DNA of 62,770 nucleotides, counting the filler, from Rhabdomonas costata (lineage: Eukaryota): the NCBI GenBank assembly GCA_019059605.1. It is 36 parts of 36 records of this genome, joined end to end, with 100 filler letters (N's around TTAATTAATTAA, not from the genome) between each part and the next. Parts side by side here need not be neighbours in the genome. Positions count along the whole stretch, not along the records: positions 61,124 to 62,770 come from JAHMHO010011377.1; 35 more parts are not named here. One strand, written 5' to 3'. Shown here piece after piece: positions 61,850-62,770 of the stretch (the first letter of the stretch is position 1; each line of letters begins with the position of its first letter). A program made the translations under genes and the position numbers. The notes beneath the pieces are model-generated. The model was not told where the DNA came from. It saw only the letters and a list, made by a program, of their open reading frames with translations, and did no database searches.

Positions 61850-62743
61850 CTGTCTTCGTTGAGAATGTCCAGGGCGTCCTTTTCGAAATCCGCCTGAAAG
61901 CGGAAGAACATGATACAGGCACACTCCACAATCTAGTGCAGATTAGTGGCTAAGCATTCACATAACGCACCGCTGCTGAAGGTGGGGGCAACATCCCGTC
62001 AATGACACGAGAAACGCGTTCCAGATAGCTGAGCAGAATTCCACAGCAGAACCAAACGAAAGTTAGAAACGGTGGGGAAACGAAGAAAATCAGAGCAGTC
62101 TTACCTGGTCGCATTACTTCTCACACGAGTGGCTAAGTCAAGGTCGGACTCTGCTAAGTCAGCGAGATCGAAAATAAATGTTCGGACACGCCTATCGGCA
62201 ACGAGTTGCTGTGGGAAACACCACCAGAAAGAGCAAAGCAAGTCTGAGCAACTTAAACGTGTCCGCCTCTGCATGCCTAACGTGTGAACACGGGTTTCTA
62301 AAAGTTCAGTTGACTGCACGACACGTTCCGTACAACAACTGCACATGGCTCCAATCTGTAAAATACAATCATACTTCCATGGAGACGTGCTCGTGAAGAC
62401 CACCCCGATTGGCCAAAGGTGAAGCAAAAGTTTCTATGTTCCAAGTTTTAGGACGTCGCAATTTTTCCTCTTTTCCTCTTTCCAATTGTGGACAACACGA
62501 GTCAAAACTAAATCATCATTTCCTTCCATACATGGAATTGAGTGTCCAACCACAGTCTGCTGCTGTTTTGCGCCTTTTACAGTCAAACGATCGCAGAGAG
62601 GTACCAAGAAAAACTGCTCCTCACACCAGCTGCTCAGCATAGGTGTGTTTTCCGGTTTCATCTCTAAAATCCCTGAGAAAGCTTTTTATGATTGCACAAT
62701 CTTGAATGTAGTTGACGTTTTTCAATGGTTTGGGTTTATCCAT
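61850..62743 (-). CDS. MCM7: DNA replication licensing factor MCM7-like, N-terminal exons 1-4
   Basis: Exons 62743-62627, 62208-62105, 62028-61971 and 61893-61850 give MDKPKPLKNVNYIQDCAIIKSFLRDFRDETGKHTYAEQLQLVADRRVRTFIFDLADLAESDLDLATRVRSNATSYLERVSRVIDGMLPPPSAAADFEKDALDILNED, matching the MCM7 pattern (FL..F, Y..QL..A.R, DL.D, N...Y, D.LD). Confidence 0.8.
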
Positions 62744-62770
62744 CTGTCATTGCGTCTGGGGATATTCCCA

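Overview
This is not one locus. It is a concatenation of 36 unrelated contigs of about 1.65 kb, joined by an artificial 100-nt spacer (N44-TTAATTAATTAA-N44), so neighbouring contigs carry no synteny information. Most contigs start with a G/T-only tag and end with an A/C-only tag, and several end in fold-back palindromes, which points to semi-degenerate-primer whole-genome amplification (GenomePlex-type). The DNA is an intron-rich eukaryotic nuclear genome, most likely a euglenozoan/euglenid (inference from TTAGGG repeats, pyrimidine tract + AG just before start codons, an 'MLR' presequence, a TM-HAMP receptor and the AMP deaminase/MCM7 sequence types). Most ORF-track entries are spurious. Real genes were rebuilt by hand from spliced exons: a UBR-box + ankyrin + ADP-ribosyltransferase fusion (the most unusual item), a Ubc7/Cdc34-type E2, an AMP deaminase homologue lacking its Zn-binding HxH, a TM-HAMP receptor, a PDR/ABCG C-terminus, a DEAH helicase with a GC-AG intron, an RNI-like LRR protein, eIF3L, a CNBD-type channel, a Cys-rich modular surface protein, an RRM protein, MCM7 and a 174-aa tandem-repeat protein. 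Repeats include a MITE-like family with a variable internal minisatellite, a second dispersed family with a conserved subterminal hairpin, a decayed Penelope-like RT fragment and many microsatellites. No rRNA, tRNA or CRISPR array was recognised. All family calls come from motif recognition by eye; no database search was run.
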